Positions 26,958 to 40,778 are shown, counted from the whole stretch's first letter. The stretch is DNA of 63,303 nucleotides, filler included, from Bigelowiella natans CCMP2755 (GCA_000320545.1; 3 parts of 3 records of this genome joined end to end with filler, not necessarily neighbours in it); one strand, 5' to 3'. The notes: a model not told the origin generated them from the sequence alone. Numbers and translations are program-made.

Positions 26958-27861
26958 TTTTCTCCCTTATCAAATTCTTCCGAGGCTATCAGGAAAACAA
27001 GTTGTTGTTACTACTACTCGTAGACTTTTTAACCGCTGCATTCTTTCTCCTTTCTTACGTGTGATTAGCATCGATCATGATGATGATGATGATGATGATG
27101 ATGATAATGATGTGCTTGTTTTGACTTAGAACAATCTGCAATGCATATCGTATGTGCCCTTGGGATTTCGACTTCTGTGAGGCAACTACTACAAGGTTAT
27201 TTCAGGGAGAAATAGAAGAATAAGAAGAAAAAGGAAAGCAAAAATCGAGAGTAAGAAACCACTCATGCACTGATCTTAGCATGGAGGAAGGGGTGTTTTT
27301 CATCCTCACTCGGAATGCTGGTTGCTGCAGGATTTGTGTGTGCCTTCAATAATACTATCATAATTATTATTATTATTATTATTATTATTATCACCATCAT
27401 CCTTTCATCGTTCTACACCTTACCCTATCTTATAATCGCTGCTCTTCAAATCTTGATAACGGCTGGTGATAATCAAAGATGTTGTTGTTTTTGTACAGCG
27501 CGCGCGAGTACCACGCTTGTGGATAGATTTCGGTCATTAGAAATTCTGTGTTGAATGTATGAGAGGGGGGGAGAAGAAGATGAACAAGTAGAAGTAGTTG
27601 TAAAATTTGTGCATTACTCTTTTTCACGTCATCATCATTCTTTTTCATTGATTAATTCAAATTTCTGCTGGTGATATGATCGTGAAACCAATGATAGATC
27701 TACATGTCGTATGTGGGCAAGATTTGGAGGACATCGGAAGGTCAGTCGTTTGTGTAGAATGATGATGATGATGATCATGATGACTGTGTTGGATGATGAT
27801 GATCATGATGATATTTAGAAGAGAAAGATCGCCTGTGAATAATGCAGCATCCTTAAATGTA

Positions 27862-27904
<43 letters not shown>

Positions 27905-28055
27905 TTATTTATACATATGTGTAAACTGCACATATGATCATGCATATCATTGATTTGGAAGATATCATTGATATTGTGCGCTGCCATCTCTCTTTCTATG
28001 TTGTGTAAACATCGACTATAATTATCAATCATGTATATGGTCGTCTTCGTCATCA

Positions 28056-28091
<36 letters not shown>

Positions 28092-28245
28092 TCAGGTTCT
28101 GCATTTCCTTGATAACGCTGAGATCGTTCTCAACAGCGACTGGGTGGTAGTCTCGAAGATGGGGGCCAATGCGAGGTGTGATTCGTTTCCAAAATTAAGA
28201 AGGGATGGGGGGGGGGGGGGGGGGTAATGAGAGGGGCCTATTAGC
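23069..28245 (+). CDS. Myosin-I tail homology 1 (TH1, PH-like) domain + ankyrin-repeat protein; 3' end lost in gap
   Basis: Exons give DYLGLAENPKIKKML...VHFSDHVIKINRRQKEQKRVLMITSHAVYNIDP...CKRKIDIQNL...SSLTSDEFILRVPAEYDY (TH1). Ankyrin repeats follow: GADINETQNGRTCLHEAA, AHIDAKDNDGKTCLHLVSENGH, DYVGRTPLFEA, ANVNAVDTEEQSAMH. Confidence 0.85.
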
Positions 28246-28345
28246 NNNNNNNNNNNNNNNNNNNNNNNNNNNNNNNNNNNNNNNNNNNNTTAATTAATTA
28301 ANNNNNNNNNNNNNNNNNNNNNNNNNNNNNNNNNNNNNNNNNNNN
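28246..28345. other. Artificial scaffold linker
   Basis: 44 N + TTAATTAATTAA (stop codons in all six frames) + 44 N. Confidence 0.98.
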
Positions 28346-28402
28346 TAAGGTTATAGAGTGAGATAGCCACTCAATCTTCTTCGTGAGCTTCTCACCGAAC
28401 TA

Positions 28403-28454
<52 letters not shown>

Positions 28455-28494
28455 TATTAGTAGATCCCAACCTTCCAAGAGAACACAGACTACG

Positions 28495-28533
<39 letters not shown>

Positions 28534-28897
28534 ACACATGCTCGCACACCTCAAGCACAGCAGCAGCAGCATCGTTAATAACCTGTGCCCCCATTGATTT
28601 CAGATAGCGCTTGTTCCCAACATAAACCCTTCGATTCTGTACTGTACACTGGATACCATACCCTGAGAGATAGAGAGATAGAGAAGGATAGAGAGAAGGG
28701 GGGGGGGGGGGGGGAAGAAAGAAATATTACACAACTAATAACACAATTGCTTATCACTCAAGATTTTTAATAGCAATTACACGACGAATATTAGGCGGTG
28801 TTGAGCCCTGATGATAGTAGATACAGCGCGGGAAGAAGAAGAAGAAGATGATGATGATGATGATGGTGATGCGGGCGGTGCGGAAGCTCTCTCTTTA

Positions 28898-28928
<31 letters not shown>

Positions 28929-29022
28929 ACAACGATCACACACACACACACACACACAGCAACCTGGCCTTGAAGTCGCATTTCGTGGTGTGTGGAGAGC
29001 CAACCCACGCTCATTTGCCAGG

Positions 29023-29062
<40 letters not shown>

Positions 29063-29452
29063 AAGTGTGTGATGTGATGCTCTATACATTATATTTCAAT
29101 CAATTCAAAAAAAAATCTCCGTTTTGTTGATTCTACTCTCTTCTTCCCTTCTTGCTCGTCGTCATCTCCCCCTCCCCCCCGTCCCCCTCCCCTTCCCCGT
29201 TGTCATCATTATCTGCATACTTGACAATTGCAACGGCAAGCGGATGATCCGACGACTTCTCAGCTGATGCAGCCTAGATGGCGATTTGAGCATGAGAACA
29301 ACGACAACAACAGCAGCAGCAGCAGCAGCAATGCCGTCATCAATAACATCCAGGTCTCTGTTAAGGCCCTCATTATCATTTTTCACAATAAATTATACCA
29401 AGCTTATGAGCTCTTCCTCTGTGCACTTATGCCTGTAGAAGTACCATATATA

Positions 29453-29497
<45 letters not shown>

Positions 29498-31093
29498 AAT
29501 ATACTCTTTTTAACGTGCTTGTTGGCAAAGTGGTAGCCACATTATTATTCAGGTGGGTGTGCAATATGGAACTTTTCTCTTCGATGCTATTATTATTACT
29601 AATACTGCTACTACTGCTGCTGCTGCTGCTGCTGCTACATTGTCTTCCCCTTTTCTTCTTTCTCGTCCTCTTCCACCAGATAGACGGCCTCCACACGTGG
29701 CTTGCCCACGGTTAATGTCCCCGTTTTATCGAATGCCACGACACTAACAGCCACCGCATCATCACCATCATCACCGTCGTCATCACCCACCACGCAAAGA
29801 ACAACGCACGAGCATAGTGTTACTACCGCACAGAAGATAAACAGAAAGACAACAAGGGATAGGTGTTGGGTGATGATAACACATATGCAGCAAGGGGGTA
29901 GGAGAGAGATAATAGAGAAGAAGCTCTCACTTCGCGGCACTTGCTGCCTCAATCCCCTCCCCCGACTTGATCAAAATGCCAACGCTTGCAGCAACTAGTT
30001 GATTGATGAAGAAGGAGACATTGACGACAACAACAACGACGCAGATATGGTGATGGCAAGGCGAAGTAGGAGGAAGAGGGAGAGGAGGGAGGGGGGGGGG
30101 GGATGGTGACACGTCTTTAGTGTGATGTGATGCTAATGCTTACTGAATATTATTTTGGCACCACACAGTCGGAAGCAAAGCAAGATACGTGGGAAATACT
30201 GCTACAAAATTCATATACTGTTATATCTATGTGCGTATATCTTTTGTGTATGTATGGTAGCACCCCCTGTTCCCACCATCACCGCCGTGGGAGTTGCTAG
30301 GCCTGCAAGGAGGGGGGCAGTAATGCACACGCACAACACGAAAATACACACAACGACGAGACCCAGAGAGCGAATCAGATATGTGTTGCTAGTGTTGCTT
30401 TCAATATTCAGTTGGAGTTAAACAATAGTCGGGACTACTACTACTACTCCTGCTACCACTAGTACTAAGCTGCTGACCAACCGAGAGAGCAAGGGCATGC
30501 GATGACGAGGACCGACATTGCGAATTTCAACGCGAATATAAATGGCGGAGAACCCTGCCGACGGGGGGGGGGTGGAGGCACAAACGCACATTACACGGAA
30601 GAGCATTGGGATTGGAACTACATTCTGCTGTGTTTTAGTCATCGTGTTCTTCTCGGGGGACAATCAACAACGCATCCAAGAAGGAGGAAGGGAGAGTGTG
30701 AGGGCTAACAACCTGCATCCAAGGAGGAGGAATGGAGTGTGTGAGGGCTAACGATAACCATACCACCAGTGTCACCATTGACACCACCACTACAAATGGA
30801 ACGAATGCCTGACGTACCATGGGATATATATATTATACTTATAAAGGTGTGTGTGTGTATGTGTGTGTGTGTGTGTGTGCTTTTCACCAAACACCAAGAA
30901 TTCATGAAAGCAATACGAATATCTTCCAGATATGATGCAAGCCCTCACTTCGGATAACAGCAACACTGGCAAGTACGATATATCTAGTGGGGGTTCGTGG
31001 CACGGCGTCTTAGCTTACAGTCCCCAGACAGGCAGAGCTGTCATTGCTACATGCTCCTGATGCTGCTGCTGCTGCTATTTGCTTCCATCCTGA

Positions 31094-31166
<73 letters not shown>

Positions 31167-31306
31167 TGTGTGGTTACGTTTGATAACTTGTCCGCTTTCG
31201 ATGCGATGGCGGGTTTCGTGCTCTGATAGCAATAGCCGTGCGCATACACATTGCGCACCACATGCATCATCAAGATGTGAGTCCCATTAACAATAACTAC
31301 ACATAC

Positions 31307-31346
<40 letters not shown>

Positions 31347-31387
31347 ATATGATACAACCACTCCTCTACAACGGTTCCTAGTAGCTG

Positions 31388-31426
<39 letters not shown>

Positions 31427-31433
31427 GCGTTAA

Positions 31434-31470
<37 letters not shown>

Positions 31471-31738
31471 GAGCTTGCTGCACCATGTTGACAATCTGCT
31501 GCAAGGCTGTGTCCTCTCCCACCCCTGTGATTCTCACGATGAGCATTCCTTCGAGGTTCAGCGTGCCTCCGACCTTCATCACATCATATAGTCATCACCA
31601 TCATCGTCATCGCCATCGCCATCGTCATCGTCATCGTCATCATTATCATCATCACTCGTAGCAATAATAGGATAAACAGCGACTCCGACCGACGAGATGT
31701 AAGGGTTATCAGAATAAACAATATGTCAAATTGTTGTC

Positions 31739-31771
<33 letters not shown>

Positions 31772-31840
31772 ATTGTTGTTGTTGTTATTGTTGTTGTGTT
31801 GTTGTCGTGGTGATTATATGATTAGGCATCATATAAATAT

Positions 31841-31884
<44 letters not shown>

Positions 31885-32153
31885 TTATTACCACAACACT
31901 GCCTCGCTCCTTTGCCACCGGCAGCAACTCCCCCGTGAGCATGCTCTCATCAGCCGCGGAGTGCCCTTTACAGCACAGAATCAATACACGCAGTACACAC
32001 GCAACGCAACGCAACACATTTGAAGGGAAGTGAGATACTTCTGCGCTCCCAACAAAGGGCCTAAAGGCTCAAGATATCACCACCCCAAGACGACAACACA
32101 ACAACGCAATGTCGTGTGGCGCTGTTACGCTAATACTGCGACAGCGACAACAC

Positions 32154-32187
<34 letters not shown>

Positions 32188-32329
32188 AACCACCTTCTAG
32201 CACAATCCCGTCCACAGGGAAACGCGCCCCAGGAACCACACGAATGACGTCATCAACCTGCGAATAAATGGATTATATTACATCATAGCTCCTGTGCCTG
32301 GGAACCCCCCTCCCTCCCTCCCTCTACTA

Positions 32330-32368
<39 letters not shown>

Positions 32369-32657
32369 TGTGTGTGTTTGGGTATCATTGTTATGTCTTC
32401 TCCAAGCAACCTCTAGTAGCACGGAAGGAAAGTCCTCGCACTCCCCCTCCCCCTCCAATTCTTTTGATTCTTCTACGCTGTTCGTAGCGGTGCTGTATCT
32501 TCCGAGCAACGTAGCTCGGTTTGGAGACAACGACAGCAGTTTCGATATCGCATCTGTTGTGCGGGACTATTACAGGAGAAGAACCGGGGGGGGGGGGGGG
32601 GGGGATCAGAATAGGAAAACAATCTTAGCCTGCGTCGAAATACTCTCTTTCTCTCTG

Positions 32658-32712
<55 letters not shown>

Positions 32713-33195
32713 TTGTGTGTGTATGTTTATATCCTACTTTGGCGATAGATTCTAGAAACTTGCCGAGAAGGACGAATGTCAGCAACATTGCGGAGGTGTC
32801 AAAAAACAGAGGAAATCTGAGAGCGTAGTACCATAAAACAAACAACAGAGGAAATCTGAGAGCGTAGTACCATAAAACAAACAACAGTACCAACAGCAAT
32901 TAAAACAACCACAACAACCATAACAACAACAGCAACAACAACAACGACAATTCATGTAATTTCCGTTATATCTTCACAAAAGGTATATGTCTGTATTGAT
33001 CATCACCATCACCACCACCATCATCATCATCATCATCGCGAATTTCACACGACGTTTGGTGATCCCCCAGGGTCTTAGCGATGAGGAAGATTGCCGACGT
33101 CACGTAGCTGAAAGACAATATTAAATGACAACCAGCTCCAAGATATACGACGCGCATCACTCTAATATCTATTATCAGAGCTCTCACGGTTTTCC

Positions 33196-33236
<41 letters not shown>

Positions 33237-33815
33237 GGGGGCAGGGGGGGGGGGCAATAGTGACGAAGAGAGCAGCCAGAGATGAGTGTAGTAGGAGCGT
33301 ATTATTACGCGGCGGAGGTCGACATTACGACGAGGAAGGCCATTCCGATATGACATCTGCGCAATCCTATTTTGGTGATGATGATGGTGGTGGTAGTTAG
33401 CAGTAGTAGTAGTTGTAGTAGCACACTACTACTGGCAATACAGCAAGCTGGAAGCATCCACAATTCACGATCATTTTTTCGAATGGCACTCAAAACGCTA
33501 ATGGTTGTCGGCCCCGAAGCCACAGCCACAGCCACAGCCAGCGGTTCCATTATCTCTTATCATTACGATGGTGATTCTTTTTTTATCTTTCGCGACTATA
33601 TCTTGAAGAAGAAATGAGCTTTTGCCTTTGGCAAGACTCAAGACACGTACGCACACAACCAACAACGCACCCTTGTACGCCTGGTAATAAAAGTGACGAC
33701 CGGAGAATATCTGGACCTTTTCACATGTATTATATATACATTAACAACATCAACAACAACAACAACTAATATTTTTAATTTGCTTCTTAACATTCTCAAA
33801 CAGCAGTGTCAGCAG

Positions 33816-33851
<36 letters not shown>

Positions 33852-36339
33852 CACCAGCATCTCATTATTTTTAACATTATTATTGTAATTTTCTACTACT
33901 ACTACTATTACAACTGCTGCTACTACTACTACTACTAATAATAATGATAATAACAATAGCTAGTAGTTGTAGTAGAAGTAGTAGTAGTAGTAGTAGTACC
34001 GGGGTTGCTAGAATGCCCATAGATAAGTCTCCTAAGGATGCCCCCCCCTCCCCTCCTTCTCCGATTATCCCGAACTTCACGCCCCAAAAGTCCATGAAGA
34101 AGTTGTGGTCCATCATTAGCATAATCGCAACGATCGGAGCCTGGAAAAGCAGAATGGTGATGAAAATTGACGATGATGATGATGATGATGACGATGACGA
34201 CGATGGTGGTGGTGATGGTGGTGATGACAAGAGATTCTAAAGAGTGATTCGAATTATGAAATGCCTCCAACGAAAAAATGCCCATGATGATTTTCGTTCC
34301 ATGAGCACAATTATAGATAAAATTCGGAGCTGTTACCACCGATTTTATAGTTGTCATTTTGCGACACTTCTATTCTAAACACCACACATTACTTGCATAA
34401 CACTGCGCTGCTACTATACTACTACTACTACTAATACCACTACTACGACGACTACGACTACTGCAATAAGATAATTCTCATTGATCACCGTAAAGAGAGC
34501 GGCGAGTAGAAATGCTTGCCGCCACGTGGATATCTCGTGCCTTTGTCGCTCAGCAAGGGAATTCTAGGGATGAGGAGGAGGAGGAGGAGGAGGAGGAGGA
34601 TGCAGAGAGAGAGGAGTACGACTCAACGAACCAGAGGATGAACGTGTGAAGCAGAAGAGAATGATGATTTGCTTTCACCACGATTTACTTAGTCTAGTAG
34701 CAGTAGTGGCAGTAGTGGCAGTAGTGCTATTACTACTTTCAAAAATTAAGTGTGTAGAGCTCGTCGATCATCATCATCATCATCATCGTTGTGTGCGCGC
34801 GGTTTCACATGGTTACGACCTCCCGTCCTCCCCCCCACACGGCCTGCGGGTTGACGTGGTGATCTAGGCGTCGGACAAGTTGTGCGAACATTTCCTTCGC
34901 ACTGACAACTGACGAATCGAAGTCCACTAGAATCGTTGACTGTGGTGGTAGTTGCGCAGCAGCAGCAGCAGTGGGAGAAATAGCACAAACAATACATTAA
35001 AAGTGTGCTAATATAATTCGCAGCTTTTAAATGGAGAGAAAGGGGAGTCGAGGTAGATATGTCGTCGCTAAAGCTGTGTCGTCTCGTGGTGCGTGTATGT
35101 ATATTTGTGGCAAGGATATGAAGGTAGCAATACTGTCTTTAGGCCCATCATCATTATATCGACCCATCTATCAATTGTTATGTGCAGAAGAGTACTTAAG
35201 AACCTTCTTGTGAGACATTTGCTGCTGTTCCTCTTCAAGAGTCACACGCTCAACACCAGGCATCACAGAGATGACTGAGCTAACCGAACCGCTGCTTTTG
35301 TCGTTGGCTCTCCCCCCCAAGTCCTGCAATGTTAACAAACATAGCAGCTGTTAGCAAACACAGCAGCTGAAAATAGTGGCGCAGCAGCAGTACGCAATTT
35401 TGAATATATTCTCTCGTAAAACATATTTTAAAAGAAAATCCAAGGAAATACTACTAAGAAGGAAAGGGAGAGGGAGGGAAAAACGGTATTAACCCCCCCC
35501 CCCCCCCCCCGCCCTCTCTCTCTCTCTCTCATCATGAGATCACCTCATCGATGAAGAAACGGATACGCCTGGTTGTCGCGGCGGCGAGATTGTTCTCTAT
35601 ATCCCCAGCACTTTTATCACCCAAAGCAGTAGGGTCATTGCCACGAATAAGATTGGCCTCAAACCCGACATCTTCGATCTCCTCAATAAGCTTCGCAACG
35701 TCAGTTTTCGCTGTCATTTGAGAAGAAGATATTGCCGTTTTGTATCACCCACGGAATATATAGTACAACCAATCGTTTATGTATGTGCATAAATAATCTA
35801 ATAATCTAGGGAGAGAATTTTAGTAAAGACGTTGTCTTTTTCGATGGTGTTCGTTCGCTCACCGGTTCAAAATATTATCATCACTGTTGTTGTTGCTCGT
35901 TGCATTATCATTATTGTATTTGGGTAAATCACCAGCGGAATTTTTACCTGGATCATATTTTATCTCCGCAACCTCTGTCATCAAAGCGACCGTCGCCTTC
36001 ATGACACCCGGAGTCTGCCAAGTATGTTTCATCTTTATTCTAGATTCGAGCGAGTGCAACAACACCCCACTCTCAGGATTCAATTAGCTAAATCTCTTCT
36101 CATATACCTCTTTCAGAGCGGTCTCGATAGTTCCGACGCACGAGGAGCATGTCATTCCCTGCACAGATAGAACCGCCTCCGCCATCGGTGCTGAGGAAAG
36201 GAGGTAAGTAGAGGAAGGCCACGAGACGGGTAATCATCAAACATGCACACACATTCACCATACCGGGGCTGCTACTTCCCTTCTCCTCAAAGCTCCCATA
36301 AGACGTCTTTGTGCCCTTCAGGTCCTCGAGGAGCACCAT
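28346..36339 (-). CDS. P1B-type heavy-metal (copper) transporting ATPase, ATP7/RAN1/HMA5-like; 3' end lost in gap
   Basis: HMA motif VQGMTCSSCVGTIE (~36165-36125); [78 protein letters not shown]; phosphorylation motif FDKTGTLT (~29735-29710). The start codon is uncertain. Confidence 0.95.
30672..30752. repeat. Imperfect 38-bp direct repeat (period 43) at an exon/intron junction of the Cu-ATPase
   Basis: GCATCCAAGAAGGAGGAAGGGAGAGTGTGAGGGCTAAC vs GCATCCAAGGAGGAGGAATGGAGTGTGTGAGGGCTAAC, 35/38 identical. Confidence 0.85.
32805..32887. repeat. Perfect 2 x 39-bp tandem duplication containing a splice acceptor
   Basis: AACAGAGGAAATCTGAGAGCGTAGTACCATAAAACAAAC occurs twice; visible in the ORF track as LLFVLWYYALRFP x2. 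Confidence 0.92.
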
Positions 36340-38271
36340 TGGTTCCGGAACGAAGGTTTCCCCTTTGCGCCGCCCCTCCAAGCTTTTCCACAGGGGCACC
36401 GAAGAGCAATTTCTTCGTTCGGAGAAAACTTGGGAGAGTTTCCTTTTCCGTCATGATTTTGGGCTTGTCTCACGCTCTGAACGTCGACCATATGAAAACT
36501 GCAAAGGAGCGACAAGATTGAAGGCATGTCGCAGGAGCTAAACTCTGCAAAGTATGTAAGCAATTACTGGAGGCATGGGGGCTGGGTTTATGCCCTGCGT
36601 CATGCTGTCTTAAGCTAAAATCATTAATTCTTCTTCAATCTGTTCATTGCCGATCATAACAATTCGTCGTCTGGATCCACCATCGGAATCTTTTCATTTA
36701 TTCCTTCATTCAGCTCAGCAGACCGATCGCTGCAATGGGGAGGTCCATTAGTGAAACTGTCGTTTCTACCAGAGCGTTTATCCCATAGAATTTGGAACGA
36801 TCCATTGGTCTGCTGCGCGTGTGAGCTCTTCCATTACATAAAATTACGCGGTGTAAACAACCTCAACCCAGCAATTTTTGCTGCACATTGAATTTCAGTC
36901 ACATCGTCTGTATTACTGTAACGTATCTATATGCAACAAGGCCGTGCATACGGTAGCGGCAGTTTTTGGTGATTCATTATTATGATCACCAAATGCTGGG
37001 CTATGTTTTGAGCAAAGAGTAATAATTATCGAAATTTAACAGCATCAACGCAGCTGTCGTTTACTATCTTTCACACTTGGTAGTCTTACTTACAGAATAT
37101 CAGCTGTTAGTGAAAGCATGCAATATTAGGTATCGTCTATCTCTAGTTATTTTTGTGTCCCTGTGGTAGCTGCACTCGAATAATGGCGATTTGATCAGGC
37201 ATCTGGAATGATGGTAGTCGAACTTCCTTGCAGTATTGATTCAGCGAAATATCCTGTAAATTTTAAATGGAAGTAGTCATTTTTGTTCCTAGTCCTATTT
37301 TTCGCGCCATTTCCGCGCCCTCCGCGCAAGCGCGGTTCAACGCTTCTTTCACTGACTAAGCGCGATGACTGTCGAGAGTACCGGGAGAGGTATGCCACAA
37401 CTGCTACTTGAGCTACTGCAGGATGTTTGTACAGCAATACACCCTCGCTCATCGTATGAGGATTGCAACGCTGAAGTTCTCCTGAGTGCGGATGATGTGA
37501 TTTATGCGCTACGTACATATTAGCATGCAATGACATGTACGTAGATGGCTAGATGGCCTTGCTAGCCTGATCGTAGCGTCAATGGTAGACTGTCACCGCT
37601 CAATGTTGACAATGTAACAATGAAACAACGAATGAATCAAAAGCTAGGGGAGCCTGATCGATGACAATAAATTCAGGGTCTGATGGCGACCGAGCCCGTA
37701 GCGTCGCACAATAATTCATGTACATCAGGTCTAGAGGTGGCGTTAGCTAGATAGATGGTATCGCGCTGGAGGACAACAAGCGTAATATGTGATATGCATG
37801 CACATTATTTTGGTATATAAATCGTACGTATAGATGTGGCATGTAGGCTGCTAGTAGGGTGTATGTGCGTGTGTGTGCATGAGTCTATAAGTCGGTAGAT
37901 GCAGTATCTATTTTGTGCTTATATTCGCACATTGCGCGATGCTATGATGGCTACCATGAAATCGTATGCAGATTTAATGAAATGCAATCGCAGCATCTAT
38001 TACATAGCTTGTTGACGTGTGAGACTTAAAATAGAATGAATGTTTCACGTCAAAAGTACCGCGAATTCAATTCAACCATTAGATAACACACATCCTGTGC
38101 ACCGCAGCAGCCGAGCTCTAGGTTAGCATCGGCTAGCCCTCTCCTCAAGTTAGCATGTTCGATTATATAATACTTCGGAACAAGATTTTGGTCATTTCTG
38201 GACGGAAGAATGACAACAGAAAGTAGAAGACTTGCTTAAGGCTGCTTGCTGGCGAACTATTTTATCTAAAG

Positions 38272-39839
38272 TCAGTTCGTCTTGTCGAAGAGGGGTGGAA
38301 GGGATTTTCCATCAGACATCTTGGCCCCAGGAGAGCGAATAGCATCAAAGAATTTGTGCTCCATGGCCTGAATAGCACATAAATAAGATATCTTCGGAGA
38401 TAGTTATTGTGATTCAAGACGCATCCAACCTTGGTGGCTGTAAGTCTCTCAGTGGGACGGTAGCATAGAATTTGATCCATCAAGTCGATTGCCTCCACTG
38501 GGGCACGCTTTCCCCAGAACTGAGGCCATGGCCTTTTCTCGAACATCTGTGATATCTGACCTCCTTCCCGCTTAGGATATTTTGGGTTCATCAACTTGCA
38601 ATCTTCTTCACTCGGTGTTCCGAGTATCTGTCAAATAGCACCGAGGGCATGTAATCTATGCAGAACTATGATATGGCAACCTCTGGTGTCTACCTTCATG
38701 ATTTCCGTAAGCTGTTCCCTTTTGCTTCTTCCCAAGAAAATAGGATTTCCCAAGAAGAATTCAGCAAAGACACAGCCCGCTGACCACATGTCTGGTGACG
38801 ACAACAACAGATTTGAGATCTTCAATGTTTTCCCACAATGAAACAAAAACTCTATGATTTTCATAATATTTACCAATTGCTGTCGTGTATTCGACGGCAT
38901 CTAGAACTAGTTCAGGCGCTCGATAGTATCGTGAGCAAATATAGGCCACATTTCGCTGTCCTGCTTCCAGGATCTTTGCGCTTCCAAAATCGCATATCTT
39001 GCAAACGTGGCTTCGAGGATCCACAAGGAGGTTGTGTGGTTTGATGTCGCGATGACAGACACCAAGAGAATGTACATATTTTAATGCACGAAAGATTTGG
39101 TACACGTATACCTAAAAAGGGGAAGAAAATTGGGTGTACTAATAGAATGCTCAGATCCAGATATGGCGTTGTTGCGCATACCTTGGTCACCATCGTTGGG
39201 ACGCTCTTCGATTCATTCATATATTTCTTCAGGACGTAATGCACGGTGTAAGGAATATACTCCATCACGAGATTAAGGAATACTCCATCCTAATGGTCAT
39301 CATTACATAATGAAATGCGTACCTCACTCACATAAAAAGATTTGCTTCTACCTGATCAGCTTTAGCGTAGAAGAAATTTTTCAAGGTTACAATGTTAGGA
39401 TGTTTCAAAATTCTCAGGATTTGAAGTTCTCGATTCTTGTATCTAGGATCCTGCAGAACTTTTTTTATCGCCACCTGCTCGCCAGTACTACTTAGCGTTG
39501 CTGAGTGTTGGATAGCACCGGAAGAATGTGAGAAGGTAGGCAGTTCAAATCCAATCTCGAATCACAATAACCTTTAAAGACAACTCCAAATGATCCCTTG
39601 GCAACTACTTTTGTGGAACTAAACTGAAGATCGGCCCCGTTTGTCTTGTTATCCTCTGAGAAATTGGTCACCTCTTAATTACAATATCCATGAAACCAGA
39701 GTGGTTGCAACATTTTTGACGTATAAATCGAAAAATACTCACGACGATTCCCAGTTCCGCCTTTCTTCATGCCTTGATCCTCATCAGGTTGTGGATTCTC
39801 GTTTGAATCACGCGCATTCGAAGCCATACGACATCCCAT
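38272..39839 (-). CDS. GSK3: Glycogen synthase kinase 3 / shaggy-like kinase
   Basis: [85 protein letters not shown] and LPPLFD*, separated by short GT-AG introns. Confidence 0.96.
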
Positions 39840-40778
39840 TTGTGATACTTTGACTGCAGAGGCCTATATGTTCCCTTCTGAAGCTAGTGCTAGGTTGTGG
39901 CGACGGCTTGATTGCTGGATATTCCTTTGCAAGATGCACAAGCTCTCACCGCCCTCGTAACAAAGAGAGTGAGTCTCCAAAGCAAATAGCAAATCGAAGT
40001 TTTGTTTAGTGGGAGAGAGGGTGAAAGACTGAGCGGCGCGTGTGTGAAGTAGCTTCCACTCTAATGCATCTAACAATCAAGAGATTGTCAGATTGCGAGA
40101 AAATTATGGTTAAGATCATTGGAAAAGCCGAATAAATTATGAGGAAATAAAGCCAACCCCTTGTCTTAGATCCTAAATTAGTGCCTTTAACAGTACAATT
40201 GATAGTTGAAGATTTTGAAAGCTACTTCAAACAAACGTAGTTGAGATCAGAATATGAAACTCCGAGGGTTTATAAACATGAGACAACTATTTTGGCGTAA
40301 AAAGCATGTCCCATAAGCTATATTCGTGCTTTTTACCAAATCATATGCCAGGGACATGTTTTAAATGTTGTTTAGCTTGATCCATGGAGGAAGGCAATTT
40401 CGTTGCAACGCCCTCGCACAGAGCAAAACTTAGTCCTTTTGCTGGCGAAGTGCGAGGCAAAAAACAGAAGAACCTGTTCTGACTTGAGAGATATTTTTTC
40501 CTTCAAATCGCAGCACATATCGCAAAAGCCGACAACGATTTCTACAGAAACTAGCATCAAAAGGAGGAGCCAGCAACAGCAACATGGTCGATGCATACTT
40601 GCTGTTGTCGCTTATCGTGAATTAGCGGGAAAAGTGCGACAACGCCCTTGTTCCATAAAAAGATGAGCTATTCAAAGTCGCTCTGTATGAATCCCATGGT
40701 TTTACATGAGAAATTTTCATTCGCTACAACACGCTCTTGACACATCATTCGCTCGTTCGGAACGTGACTGTCTAAGAA

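Noticed and set aside
28246-28345. TTAATTAATTAA palindrome within N runs (also at 50686-50697)
   Set aside because: Identical 100-bp construct at both gaps; an assembly linker with six-frame stops, not biology.
36500-37500. Open minus-strand frame and TTTTCGCGC (E2F-like) motif upstream of the Cu-ATPase
   Set aside because: Could be extra 5' exons or promoter sequence, but not supportable without transcripts.
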